DNA from: Armatimonadota bacterium | Lineage (GTDB): Bacteria > Armatimonadota > UBA5829 > DTLH01 | NCBI GenBank assembly: GCA_039680575.1 | Contig: JBDKSP010000038.1 | Span: forward strand, 1-24,697 | Direction of reading: 5' to 3' | Length of the DNA stretch: 24,697 nt | Shown: one piece after another, positions 16,997 through 24,431 of the stretch | Numbering within the stretch: position 1 is the stretch's first letter | Layout of the letters: every line of letters begins with the position of its first letter | Notes under the pieces: generated by a model | What the model saw: the letters and a program-made list of their open reading frames with translations, nothing else | Databases searched by the model: none | Told to the model about the DNA's origin: nothing | Position numbers and translations under genes: made by a program

Positions 16997-17288
16997 TTTA
17001 TGGTCGCATCTTCCATCAATTGACCGAACTGCGCATCATATAGTTCCTGGTGATTGGGTGTGGGGAGTTTTTCAGAAGAGGTTTTCCGCTTCTGCCGGGC
17101 CGCCAGGTCAAGCTGTATCGGATGGAAACGGGCAAGGTCATTCTTCAGATAACTGACCCAGCGGCTCGGCATCAGTATCTATGACGCGCATTATCTCCTA
17201 TTCGTTCCGTAAAAATTTCTGCCTCCAACTGTACGATTCTACTGCCGATAATAGCGGTACAAGAAAGTTTATCAGGAGGACAGTACAG

Positions 17289-17498
17289 TTGTCTCAATGC
17301 GATTATTGGTGGTTTGCGGGCGCTGTCGAGTGGTGCGACCTTACAGGAAGCAGTTGCAGATGCAATGGATGTGAAGATTCCTGTTCGCTCAAAAAGAGAC
17401 GCAAGAAATCCGACAAGGTCACGGATAATTTTCAGCAGATGATCTCCGAGATGGATGATTCTCACAAAGAGCCCAAGCACAACCGGATGTCTCACTGA
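17289..17498 (+). CDS. Small 69-aa Cys-rich hypothetical protein (MSQCDYWWFAGAVEWCDLTGSSCRCNGCEDSCSLKKRRKK...)
   Basis: AGGAGGA lies 8 nt upstream of an in-frame TTG at 17289. Six Cys in the first 32 residues, then a basic patch. Confidence 0.55.
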   Translation: MSQCDYWWFAGAVEWCDLTGSSCRCNGCEDSCSLKKRRKKSDKVTDNFQQMISEMDDSHKEPKHNRMSH

Positions 17499-17650
17499 TC
17501 CCTGATTGAGCTGAATGCTGCTGAAAACAAAGAAATAACCCGGCTCGGGCTGAACCAGGCTTCAATGTTTCGGTAAAAGAGGCTAATTCCTGCCGCAGGT
17601 GTCACTCATGGCATCTGCAGAAGCTGCCTGCTGCCTCGAATTCGCCGCGT

Positions 17651-17690
17651 TCGATAGAAAAGCGGAAGCTGGCGCTTCCGCACTCCAAAT
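17651..17690. repeat. REP-like palindromic repeat family B, copy 2
   Basis: TCGATAGAAAAGCGGAAGC-tggc-GCTTCCGCACTCCAAAT, with a perfect 8-bp stem. Confidence 0.7.
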
Positions 17691-17740
17691 ATTTACTATT
17701 CTGCATTCTATACCATCTCCTAATCCCCAATACGGTTGTA

Positions 17741-17782
17741 TTGACACGGCAGGTTGGTACACTTAAGATTATTAAACTTAAG
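17741..17782 (+). promoter_or_regulatory. Sigma70 promoter of the efflux operon with an overlapping operator-like inverted repeat
   Basis: TTGACA-N17-TAAGAT (17741-17769). CTTAAGATT-att-AAACTTAAG (17762-17782; 8 of 9 arm positions complementary). Confidence 0.6.
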
Positions 17783-17827
17783 AATCACCGAATTGGGCAT
17801 GACACCGGCCGGAAAGCAAGTAAACTA

Positions 17828-19126
17828 TTGAGCTCTAAAATCAATACGCGTAAACTGGGATTCCTGATACCTGTAATTGTCCTTATAATTATCGTCCTGC
17901 TTTTCGTGTGGCAGTACAACAAGCAGAAAGCGTCCGAGGATATGTACACCGGCACAATCGAGGCAGAGGAGTCGCTTATCGGATCTACGGTGGGCGGCAG
18001 AGTCTCAGAGACGCTTGCTAAAGAAGGCGACAATGTCAAAAAAGGTGACCGGATCGTTACTTTCGAGTCCGTGCAGTTGGAAAAGAGCCTGCAGGCTGCT
18101 ATAGCAGCCCAACAGCAGGCCGCAGCGCGTCTGAACGACCTTCTGGCGGGTCCACGGCCGGAGGAAATAGAGCGGGCGAGAGCTGCGCTGAGGCAGGCAG
18201 AAAGCCAGCTTGAAAAACTTCAGCGTGGGAGCCGTCCAGAGGAGATCGCGGCAGCAAGAGCCGCTATGGAGCAGGCGAGAGACCGGCTGGCGGAGGCTAA
18301 GGCAGGTCCAAGGCCACAGGAGATAAACCGTGCGCATGCCAATTACAACGCCGCTGTCGCAGCCCGCGTGCTGGCCGAGCGGTCGCTTGAGAGAACTCAA
18401 AAGCTGTACGACCAGGGAGTTATTGCTGCTCAGACTCTGGATGAAGCGCGCACAAGGCTGGAAACGGCACAGGCGGAGGAACGTTCTGCAAAAGAGCAGT
18501 TGAACGAGCTTTTGGCAGGGACACGGCCAGAGGAGATACGTGCAGCTATGCAGGCGTACAACCAGGCAAGAGCCAACTATGAACTTGTAAGAAAAGGTCC
18601 TCGGCTCGAAGATATAAGAGCCGCCGAGGAGTCGGTCGCACAGGCAAGAGCCACACTTGCAGAGCTTCAGGCGGGATCGCGGCCTGAACAGATTGCTGAG
18701 GCAAGAGCAGCGCTTCGTCAGGCGGAGGCGACGGTCGGGCAGGTCAGAGCCAATGTTCGAGAGCGGGCAGTGTTTGCTCCCAGGCCGGGGCAGATTCAAA
18801 CCCTCAATGTGCAGGTTGGGGATATAATCCAGGCAGGGCAGACCGTCGCGACCATCGTTGACCCGCATGACCTCTATATTAAGATATATGTTCCTGGCGG
18901 AAAACTCGGTAATCTCCAGGTGGGAAGCAGGCTCCCGGTCGTGACTGACTCTGGAATCAGAACAACCGGCGTCGTCGAGCAGATTCCGGTTGAAGCTGAG
19001 TTTACTCCTCGAAATGTGCAGACAAAGGAAGAACGCTCGCTGCAAGTGTATGCAGTAAAGGTCCGAATTCCCAATCCAGAACTCAAAATTCGCGCCGGAA
19101 TGTCGGCGGATGTGCGACTGAAGTGA
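17828..19126 (+). CDS. HlyD/YbhG-family membrane fusion (periplasmic adaptor) protein with an extended alpha-hairpin
   Basis: N-terminal TM anchor, TGTIEAE..IGSTVGGRV, EGDNVKKGD, six G(P/S/T)R(P/L)(E/Q)(E/D/Q)I repeats, AEFTPRNVQT, GMSADV. TTG 17828 chosen because the track's start (17741) is the -35 box. Confidence 0.88.
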   Translation: MSSKINTRKLGFLIPVIVLIIIVLLFVWQYNKQKASEDMYTGTIEAEESLIGSTVGGRVSETLAKEGDNVKKGDRIVTFESVQLEKSLQAAIAAQQQAAARLNDLLAGPRPEEIERARAALRQAESQLEKLQRGSRPEEIAAARAAMEQARDRLAEAKAGPRPQEINRAHANYNAAVAARVLAERSLERTQKLYDQGVIAAQTLDEARTRLETAQAEERSAKEQLNELLAGTRPEEIRAAMQAYNQARANYELVRKGPRLEDIRAAEESVAQARATLAELQAGSRPEQIAEARAALRQAEATVGQVRANVRERAVFAPRPGQIQTLNVQVGDIIQAGQTVATIVDPHDLYIKIYVPGGKLGNLQVGSRLPVVTDSGIRTTGVVEQIPVEAEFTPRNVQTKEERSLQVYAVKVRIPNPELKIRAGMSADVRLK

Positions 19127-20088
19127 ACAGTTTACAGCCGGATGCAGCCATCGTCTGCAGCAATCTTACCAGAAGGTTCGGCGACCTGGTAGCCGTGAAT
19201 GATGTGAGCTTTCAGGTCTCGCGCGGAGCCATTTTCGGCTTCCTCGGACCTAACGGGAGCGGCAAATCGACCGTAATCCGCATGCTCTGCGGGCTCCTGG
19301 CTCCAACATCAGGCACTGCGGCACTTGACGGCATCGATGTCGTAAGCTACCCCGACCGCGTAAAACCTCGAATCGGCTACATGTCGCAGCAGTTCAGCTT
19401 GTACCGCGATCTGACTGTGGACGAAAACCTCAGTTTCTATGGCTCTATATATGGACTCAACCGGGAACAGCTTCAAAGGCGGAAAGCTGAAGTTATGGAA
19501 GTGGTTGGTATAACGAGCCAAAGATCGCAGCGCGCGGGGACGCTTTCCGGCGGCTGGAGGCAGCGGCTTGCCCTTGCGTGCTCGATGATCCACGAGCCCG
19601 GGATACTCTTTCTCGACGAACCTACGGCGGGAATCGACCCGGTTGCAAGAAGGCGGCTCTGGGACCTGCTTTTTGAGCTATCCGCCAGCGGCCATACGCT
19701 TTTTGTGACCACTCACTACATGGATGAGGCGGAGCGCTGCACTGATGTCGGCTATATTTTTCTGTCCAGGCTGATTGCGCTCGGAAAGCCTTCGGAGTTG
19801 AAGCTCCTTCCGGGTGTTACGCCGCCGGACACCAAAAGAATCGAGATCGTTACCGATAACCCGACCACGGCTCTACAAGTGGCGAGGAACCTCCCCGGTG
19901 TCAGGTCATCGACCTTCTTCGGTGAGGCGATTCATCTCCTTGTAGACCGCGCACTGGAGCCTTCAGGCATTTCTCAGGTTTTAAGCAAAAATGGCATACA
20001 CGTAAACCGCATAAACGATATGTCGGCCACTCTGGAAGATGTCTTCGTTTCCATAACGGAGCAGTTGGAGGTCGGAGACGATGTTTAG
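19123..20088 (+). CDS. ABC-2 type exporter ATP-binding subunit
   Basis: Walker A GPNGSGKST, Q-loop YMSQ, signature LSGGWRQR, Walker B LFLDEPT, switch TTHYM. 4-nt GTGA overlap with the upstream gene. Confidence 0.93.
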   Translation: MNSLQPDAAIVCSNLTRRFGDLVAVNDVSFQVSRGAIFGFLGPNGSGKSTVIRMLCGLLAPTSGTAALDGIDVVSYPDRVKPRIGYMSQQFSLYRDLTVDENLSFYGSIYGLNREQLQRRKAEVMEVVGITSQRSQRAGTLSGGWRQRLALACSMIHEPGILFLDEPTAGIDPVARRRLWDLLFELSASGHTLFVTTHYMDEAERCTDVGYIFLSRLIALGKPSELKLLPGVTPPDTKRIEIVTDNPTTALQVARNLPGVRSSTFFGEAIHLLVDRALEPSGISQVLSKNGIHVNRINDMSATLEDVFVSITEQLEVGDDV

Positions 20089-21184
20089 GGGACTGAAAGC
20101 CATTGCTGACAAGGAGTTTATTCACGTTTTGCGTGAGCCAAGCACCATCGTCTTTGCTCTTTTTATCCCTCTGATTCAGCTCATCATCTTTGGTTATGCG
20201 CTCGATACGGACGTGAAGCATATTCCGACTGCTGTCTTGAACCAGGACCAGAGGACCGCGAGCCGTGATCTTATCGACAGGTTTGCCGCGACTCAATACT
20301 TCGATGTGGTGGAGTATGTGGGCTCAGACCAGGCGCTCCGGGACGAGATCGTCAGCGGACGGGCGCATGTAGGGATCAAAATCCCGCCGGACTTCAGCGG
20401 GAAAGTAGCCAGAGGGACCGGCTCGCAGGTCCTGGTTTTGATAGACGGGTCCGATTCGCAGGTGGCATCGAGGGCGCAGAGCGCGGCATTGTCTCTGGGA
20501 TTGCAGTTTTCCAGCGAGATAGCAGGGCGTACGTCCACACCGTTGATAGATGTTCGTCCGAGGGTCCTATTCAACCCGGATATGCGAAGCGCGAACTTCT
20601 TCGTACCCGGTTTGGTCGGGATCATAATGCAGATAGTCCTTATGATGTTGACAGCGCTTTCGATTGTGCGTGAGAAGGAAAACGGGACGTTGGAGCAGCT
20701 TCTGGTTACTCCGGTGGGGCGCTTCGGGCTCATGATAGGGAAGCTCGTGCCGTATGCGGTATTAGGTCTGCTTGAAATTGCTATCGTCCTCATATTTATG
20801 TGGACTGTATTCGCAGTTCCGATCCATGGGAGCATACTCCTCCTTGCTGCGGTTGCGCCTGTCTTTCTCTTCTCCGGGCTGGGGCTTGGTCTGCTAATTT
20901 CCACGTTTGCCCAAAGCCAGGTCCAGGCATTCCAGGCGTCATTTCTCATTATCATGCCATCAGTTCTCTTGTCCGGCTTCGTTTTTCCCCGCGAGAGCAT
21001 GCCGGCTCTCATCTATCCGATCACTACCATAATCCCCGTCACTTATTTCCTTGAAATACTGCGCGGGATTATTATACGTGGAGCCGGTTGGAACGAGCTA
21101 TGGCAGCAGGTCTTCATCCTCATCGGCCTTGGTGTCGTGATCCTCTCTATCGCTGCCGCAAGGTTCCAAAAACGGCTCAGATAA
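20081..21184 (+). CDS. ABC-2 type exporter permease (YbhR/YbhS-like)
   Basis: KEFIHVLRE, FGYAL, DGSD, VREKENGTLEQLLVTP, GKLVPY, LSGFVFPRESMP, with C-terminal TM helices. Confidence 0.92.
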   Translation: MFRGLKAIADKEFIHVLREPSTIVFALFIPLIQLIIFGYALDTDVKHIPTAVLNQDQRTASRDLIDRFAATQYFDVVEYVGSDQALRDEIVSGRAHVGIKIPPDFSGKVARGTGSQVLVLIDGSDSQVASRAQSAALSLGLQFSSEIAGRTSTPLIDVRPRVLFNPDMRSANFFVPGLVGIIMQIVLMMLTALSIVREKENGTLEQLLVTPVGRFGLMIGKLVPYAVLGLLEIAIVLIFMWTVFAVPIHGSILLLAAVAPVFLFSGLGLGLLISTFAQSQVQAFQASFLIIMPSVLLSGFVFPRESMPALIYPITTIIPVTYFLEILRGIIIRGAGWNELWQQVFILIGLGVVILSIAAARFQKRLR

Positions 21185-21195
21185 GATGTTAATCA

Positions 21196-22269
21196 TCAGA
21201 ATATGATGTTGAACAGGTATCCGACTACAAGAATTCCCGCAGCGACGACACCAACGAACACTGCGATTAGCCTGATCTTCAATACTTTGCGGAGAATTAT
21301 CATTTCCGGCAGCGACAGGCCGATAACAGACATCATAAATGCCAGGACCGTTCCAAGCGCCGCGCCTTTTTCGATAAGCGCGCTCACAATTGGTATGATA
21401 CCTGCAGCGTTCGAATACATAGGGATACCCAGGATGACCGCAAGCGGAACACTCCACCACGCGCTCTTACCCATAAACGATGCCAGTAGTCCTTCCGGTA
21501 CATAGCCGTGAATTCCCGCGCCGACCGCGATCCCCGCGATGACATAAGGCCAAACTTTGCCTACGATCTCCCGCACAGCGGTCTTTCCTTCATCGACACG
21601 CTCTGCCCAGGCCATCTTTTGTGTCTCAAGAGCACTCTGGCTCATCTGCATCTCATAGACCCAGTCTTCGACGAACCTCTCCAGCTTAAGCCTTCCGATT
21701 ATCCAGCCTGCGAAAATCGCAATAAACAGCCCTGTTGTGACATAAACGGCAGCAACCTTCCACCCGAACATGCCGAACAGGAGGACAACAGCAACCTCGT
21801 TTATCATAGGCGCAGCTATGAGGAACGAAAGCGTGACTCCAAGCGGTACCCCTGCCTGTACAAATCCTATGAAAAGCGGTACAGCCGAACATGAGCAGAA
21901 CGGTGTCACAATGCCGAGCATTGCAGCCATCACATTTCCCACGGACTCTCTTTTCCCCGCGAGTATCTGCCTGGTGTGTTCGGGCGTGAAGTAAGACCGG
22001 ATGATGCCGATCCCGAACACCACCAGAACCAGAAGCATCAGGACTTTCGGAGCCTCAAAGATGAAGAAGTTCACGGCTTTTCCAATGTGATCGCCCTTCG
22101 AAAAGCCGAAGAGGGAATATGTAATCCAGTCCGCAACAGGCTGCAGAGACCGGTAGACTCCGTACCAAGCGGCTGCGAATACTGCAAACCTCGCAGCTCT
22201 GCCTAAAAGCTGAAGGCTGCGTGCTTTGGCTGTATTTATAGTTTTATGGTTTTGATTTGTTACTGCCAC
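21196..22269 (-). CDS. arsP: ArsP/DUF318-family permease
   Basis: TPFCSCSAVP, FLIAAPMINE, GIPMYSNAAG, LSLPEMIILRKV. AGGAGG upstream of GTG; located in an ArsR cluster. Confidence 0.88.
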   Translation of the reverse strand: MAVTNQNHKTINTAKARSLQLLGRAARFAVFAAAWYGVYRSLQPVADWITYSLFGFSKGDHIGKAVNFFIFEAPKVLMLLVLVVFGIGIIRSYFTPEHTRQILAGKRESVGNVMAAMLGIVTPFCSCSAVPLFIGFVQAGVPLGVTLSFLIAAPMINEVAVVLLFGMFGWKVAAVYVTTGLFIAIFAGWIIGRLKLERFVEDWVYEMQMSQSALETQKMAWAERVDEGKTAVREIVGKVWPYVIAGIAVGAGIHGYVPEGLLASFMGKSAWWSVPLAVILGIPMYSNAAGIIPIVSALIEKGAALGTVLAFMMSVIGLSLPEMIILRKVLKIRLIAVFVGVVAAGILVVGYLFNIIF

Positions 22270-22295
22270 AGCAGCTTCCTCCTGTTATCGTATTA

Positions 22296-22991
22296 TCATG
22301 CCCTATAGATCAGATAAACTCCGCCGAGAAGCACCAGTGCGCCGCATACGCGCTTGACAATAGCCGCTCCGTGCGACTTTTCGTTCCAGTTCAAATAGCG
22401 CTGCACGGCCTCGGTTGATGTTCCTGCTGCCACTATTACCGCCGAATGCCCTACACCGTAAAAAGCCAGCAGCAGAATCCCGTACGGGAGGTTCGTGGAT
22501 GCCGCCTTGAAACTGGCTGCAAGCACAGGAGCCATATAGGCAAACGTGCATGGACCGAGCGCAACTCCAAAGACAAGGCCAAGAATGAAAGCTGCAAGCA
22601 GCCCGCGCCGCTTCATGCCGATACCTCCCGGACCTGAAATTGGTATCGGGACAATGTCCAGAAGGTGCAGCCCGACTAAAAAGAAAACCACAGCCACAGC
22701 GTAATTGCCGTATTTCCCGACATCTCCCATTAACCGCCCCATTGCGGCGGTCAGTACACCGATCAGTGCAATTGTCATGAGAATCCCCAGGCCGAACATC
22801 AAAGAGATCCAAAACGCCCTGCGTGTAGTCAATTTCCCCTGGTCACTGATGAATCCCACGATGAGTGGAATGCTTGACAGGTGGCATGGACTGAGTACTA
22901 CACTCAAGATCCCCCACGCAAGTGATGCACTGAGCGCGACCAGAGCTGAACCTTCCACTGCTTTGGTAAGAGTTATCCAAATTTGTTCCAA
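22296..22991 (-). CDS. ccdA: CcdA/DsbD-beta family thiol-disulfide transmembrane electron transporter
   Basis: LSPCHLSSIP and LGPCTFAY catalytic Cys motifs, ~6 TM helices. TTG 22991 has GGGAG upstream and is coupled to the stop of the upstream mini-ORF. Confidence 0.85.
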   Translation of the reverse strand: MEQIWITLTKAVEGSALVALSASLAWGILSVVLSPCHLSSIPLIVGFISDQGKLTTRRAFWISLMFGLGILMTIALIGVLTAAMGRLMGDVGKYGNYAVAVVFFLVGLHLLDIVPIPISGPGGIGMKRRGLLAAFILGLVFGVALGPCTFAYMAPVLAASFKAASTNLPYGILLLAFYGVGHSAVIVAAGTSTEAVQRYLNWNEKSHGAAIVKRVCGALVLLGGVYLIYRA

Positions 22992-22992
22992 A

Positions 22993-23160
22993 TTATCTGA
23001 CTCCCGGCTTGGTTGCGGTATTGCTGGTGTCTGCAGCATCCGCTTTTATAGAACAAGGCGCGCAAGAACCACCTTCGCCGGCAGTATCGAGTAGTTTGGC
23101 GACTTCGTTCGCAATCTGCCCGACATTCGAGCCGCCTGAACAGCAGTTTTTATCTTTCAT
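22993..23160 (-). CDS. 55-aa Cys-containing mini-ORF resembling the N-terminal part of a DGC-domain zinc-binding protein (possibly a truncated remnant)
   Basis: Hand translation: MKDKNCCSGGSNVGQIANEVAKLLDTAGEGGSCAPCSIKADAADTSNTATKPGVR. GGAG 9 nt upstream. Not in the ORF track. Confidence 0.6.
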   Translation of the reverse strand: MKDKNCCSGGSNVGQIANEVAKLLDTAGEGGSCAPCSIKADAADTSNTATKPGVR

Positions 23161-23195
23161 TCCGGTTTACTCCATTTATGTAGTGGGATACCCGC

Positions 23196-23432
23196 TTACA
23201 CGAGCATTTTCTTTATCTCTTCGATGCTCGGAACCCTGCCGGCGACCTTGACTTCGCCATCGACGGCCAGCGCAGGGGTCATCATGACACCGAACTCCAT
23301 TATCTTACGGACATCGTTCACTTTCTCGATTTTATACTCGATGCCCAGTTCTTTGGCAGCTTCTTCGGTGAGTTCCGCCAGTTTTATGCACTTGGGGCAT
23401 CCCGTACCCAGAATCTGCAGCTTCTTTTCCAT
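23196..23432 (-). CDS. Small redox-active disulfide protein (MTH895-like thioredoxin family)
   Basis: ILGTGCPKC, EKV.D...IMEFGVMMTPALAVDG.VK..GRVPS. ATG 23432 follows AAGGAG. Confidence 0.92.
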   Translation of the reverse strand: MEKKLQILGTGCPKCIKLAELTEEAAKELGIEYKIEKVNDVRKIMEFGVMMTPALAVDGEVKVAGRVPSIEEIKKMLV

Positions 23433-23503
23433 GATTTGTTCTCCTTGTGTATCAGGATTGTTGGTAAATTTGCCATACGGCCAAGTATAGGCCAAAAAAT
23501 ATA

Positions 23504-23839
23504 TTATTTATCTACCAGGGACATCTGCTCTCTTGCTTTGGATTCCATTACAGCCTCGATGCAACTGAAGAAATTCATAATGCATGGGACGCGCAGTTTG
23601 TAGTACACCTGCTGACCGGCCTTTCTGTCTTCAACCAGCCCTGCTTCTTTCATCAGCGCAAGATGCTTCGAGACAGTCGAGATGTCCGACCCGACAAGAT
23701 CACGCAGCTCGCAGACGCACTTTTCGCCCTCAGAAAGCGAGTCGATCATCATCAACCTGCTTGGGTGAGCGAGCGCCTTTATGATTTTTGCTCGTGCTTT
23801 GTATTTTTCTCTGCTCTTCATTTCAATCGCACCATACAT
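23504..23839 (-). CDS. arsR: ArsR/SmtB-family metalloregulator (start at 23839 or 23821)
   Basis: KALAHPSRL, alpha3 CVCEL, STVSKHL, AGLV..RK.GQ.VYY, C-terminal PCIMNFFSC. Confidence 0.9.
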   Translation of the reverse strand: MYGAIEMKSREKYKARAKIIKALAHPSRLMMIDSLSEGEKCVCELRDLVGSDISTVSKHLALMKEAGLVEDRKAGQQVYYKLRVPCIMNFFSCIEAVMESKAREQMSLVDK

Positions 23840-23873
23840 TTGGTATTTTAGCCAAATATTCGATATATGTCAA
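23837..23873 (-). promoter_or_regulatory. Sigma70 promoter of the ars-type operon with an overlapping ArsR-type operator
   Basis: Minus strand TTGACA-N17-TAAAAT (23873-23845). Inverted repeat ATTTGG-N8-CCAAAT (23838-23857) is centred on the -10. Confidence 0.75.
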
Positions 23874-23892
23874 GCCGAACTGGGTGGAATTC

Positions 23893-24007
23893 CTCAAAGT
23901 AACCCAGCTCAAGACGCAGTGGACTTGGTCATTCGGTTGGTAGCCCCGAAGGGATACGTTGGCCTGACCAAACGTTCAGATTGAGCTGGCGGAACAGGGC
24001 GTTTGAG
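23893..24007 (-). other. Long imperfect hairpin capped by C(UUCG)G; candidate structured RNA or DNA element
   Basis: Nested complementary arms CTCAAA/TTTGAG, CCAGCTCAA/TTGAGCTGG, TTGGTCA/TGACCAA and GTA-CCC/GGG-TAC. Confidence 0.45.
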
Positions 24008-24042
24008 CGTGAGTTGGTGGAAGTCTGAGGTGATCGGCTGGC

Positions 24043-24405
24043 TTATACAAGCTGGTGTCCCCTTGCTATCCAATAGTGCCAATCTTCCACAGCAGTCTTT
24101 GTCTCCTCGTCAACGCGAAGGGGCTCAAGCTGCGAAAGCGGAACGCCCATCCTACGCCCCTGCCACTCTATAATGACAAACATATCATGCATGCAGTCGT
24201 CTTCAGGAGCCATGTCGACTACATTTACCTGCTCGTCGATTTCGAGGGGAGATATGGTGTGTTTGGCGATGCACCTGGCCTTGAATGGGAAACTAATATG
24301 GTCTTCAAGGTAAACGTGCCAGCCCATGGCTTGTTCTTCGGGGCCGTAAGCATCCACGATTACCTCGTTTTCGATCCGTGCCTCGCGAGCATTATCCTTT
24401 TCCAT
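24043..24405 (-). CDS. CcbP-like calcium-binding protein
   Basis: REARIENEVIVDAYGPEEQAMGW..YLED.ISFPFKARC...VPLSQL...AVEDWHYW. GAGGTG upstream of ATG 24405. Confidence 0.8.
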   Translation of the reverse strand: MEKDNAREARIENEVIVDAYGPEEQAMGWHVYLEDHISFPFKARCIAKHTISPLEIDEQVNVVDMAPEDDCMHDMFVIIEWQGRRMGVPLSQLEPLRVDEETKTAVEDWHYWIARGHQLV

Positions 24406-24431
24406 TATGGCCACCTCAGAAGATATCAAGG

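Noticed and set aside
17138..17191. MRVIDTDAEPLGQLSEE, resembling the IF-3 N-terminal motif, and possible TGA read-through
   Set aside because: Only 17 codons, and the similarity does not continue. Several later TGAs occur without Sec-like context, while other genes here use TGA as stop.
17172..17495. 107-aa minus-strand ORF, and the 17181 start of the plus-strand ORF
   Set aside because: No good RBS for either; the plus-strand TTG at 17289 has a strong SD.
17741..17827. N-terminal 29 codons of the 461-aa track ORF
   Set aside because: The TTG is the -35 TTGACA, so this stretch is promoter and 5' UTR.
18005..19045. 346-aa minus-strand ORF with apparent repeats
   Set aside because: Antisense shadow of the repetitive adaptor gene.
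23893..24042. Integron attC interpretation of the hairpin after ccbP
   Set aside because: No clear RYYYAAC...GTTRRRY boxes at the ends and no integrase in the window.
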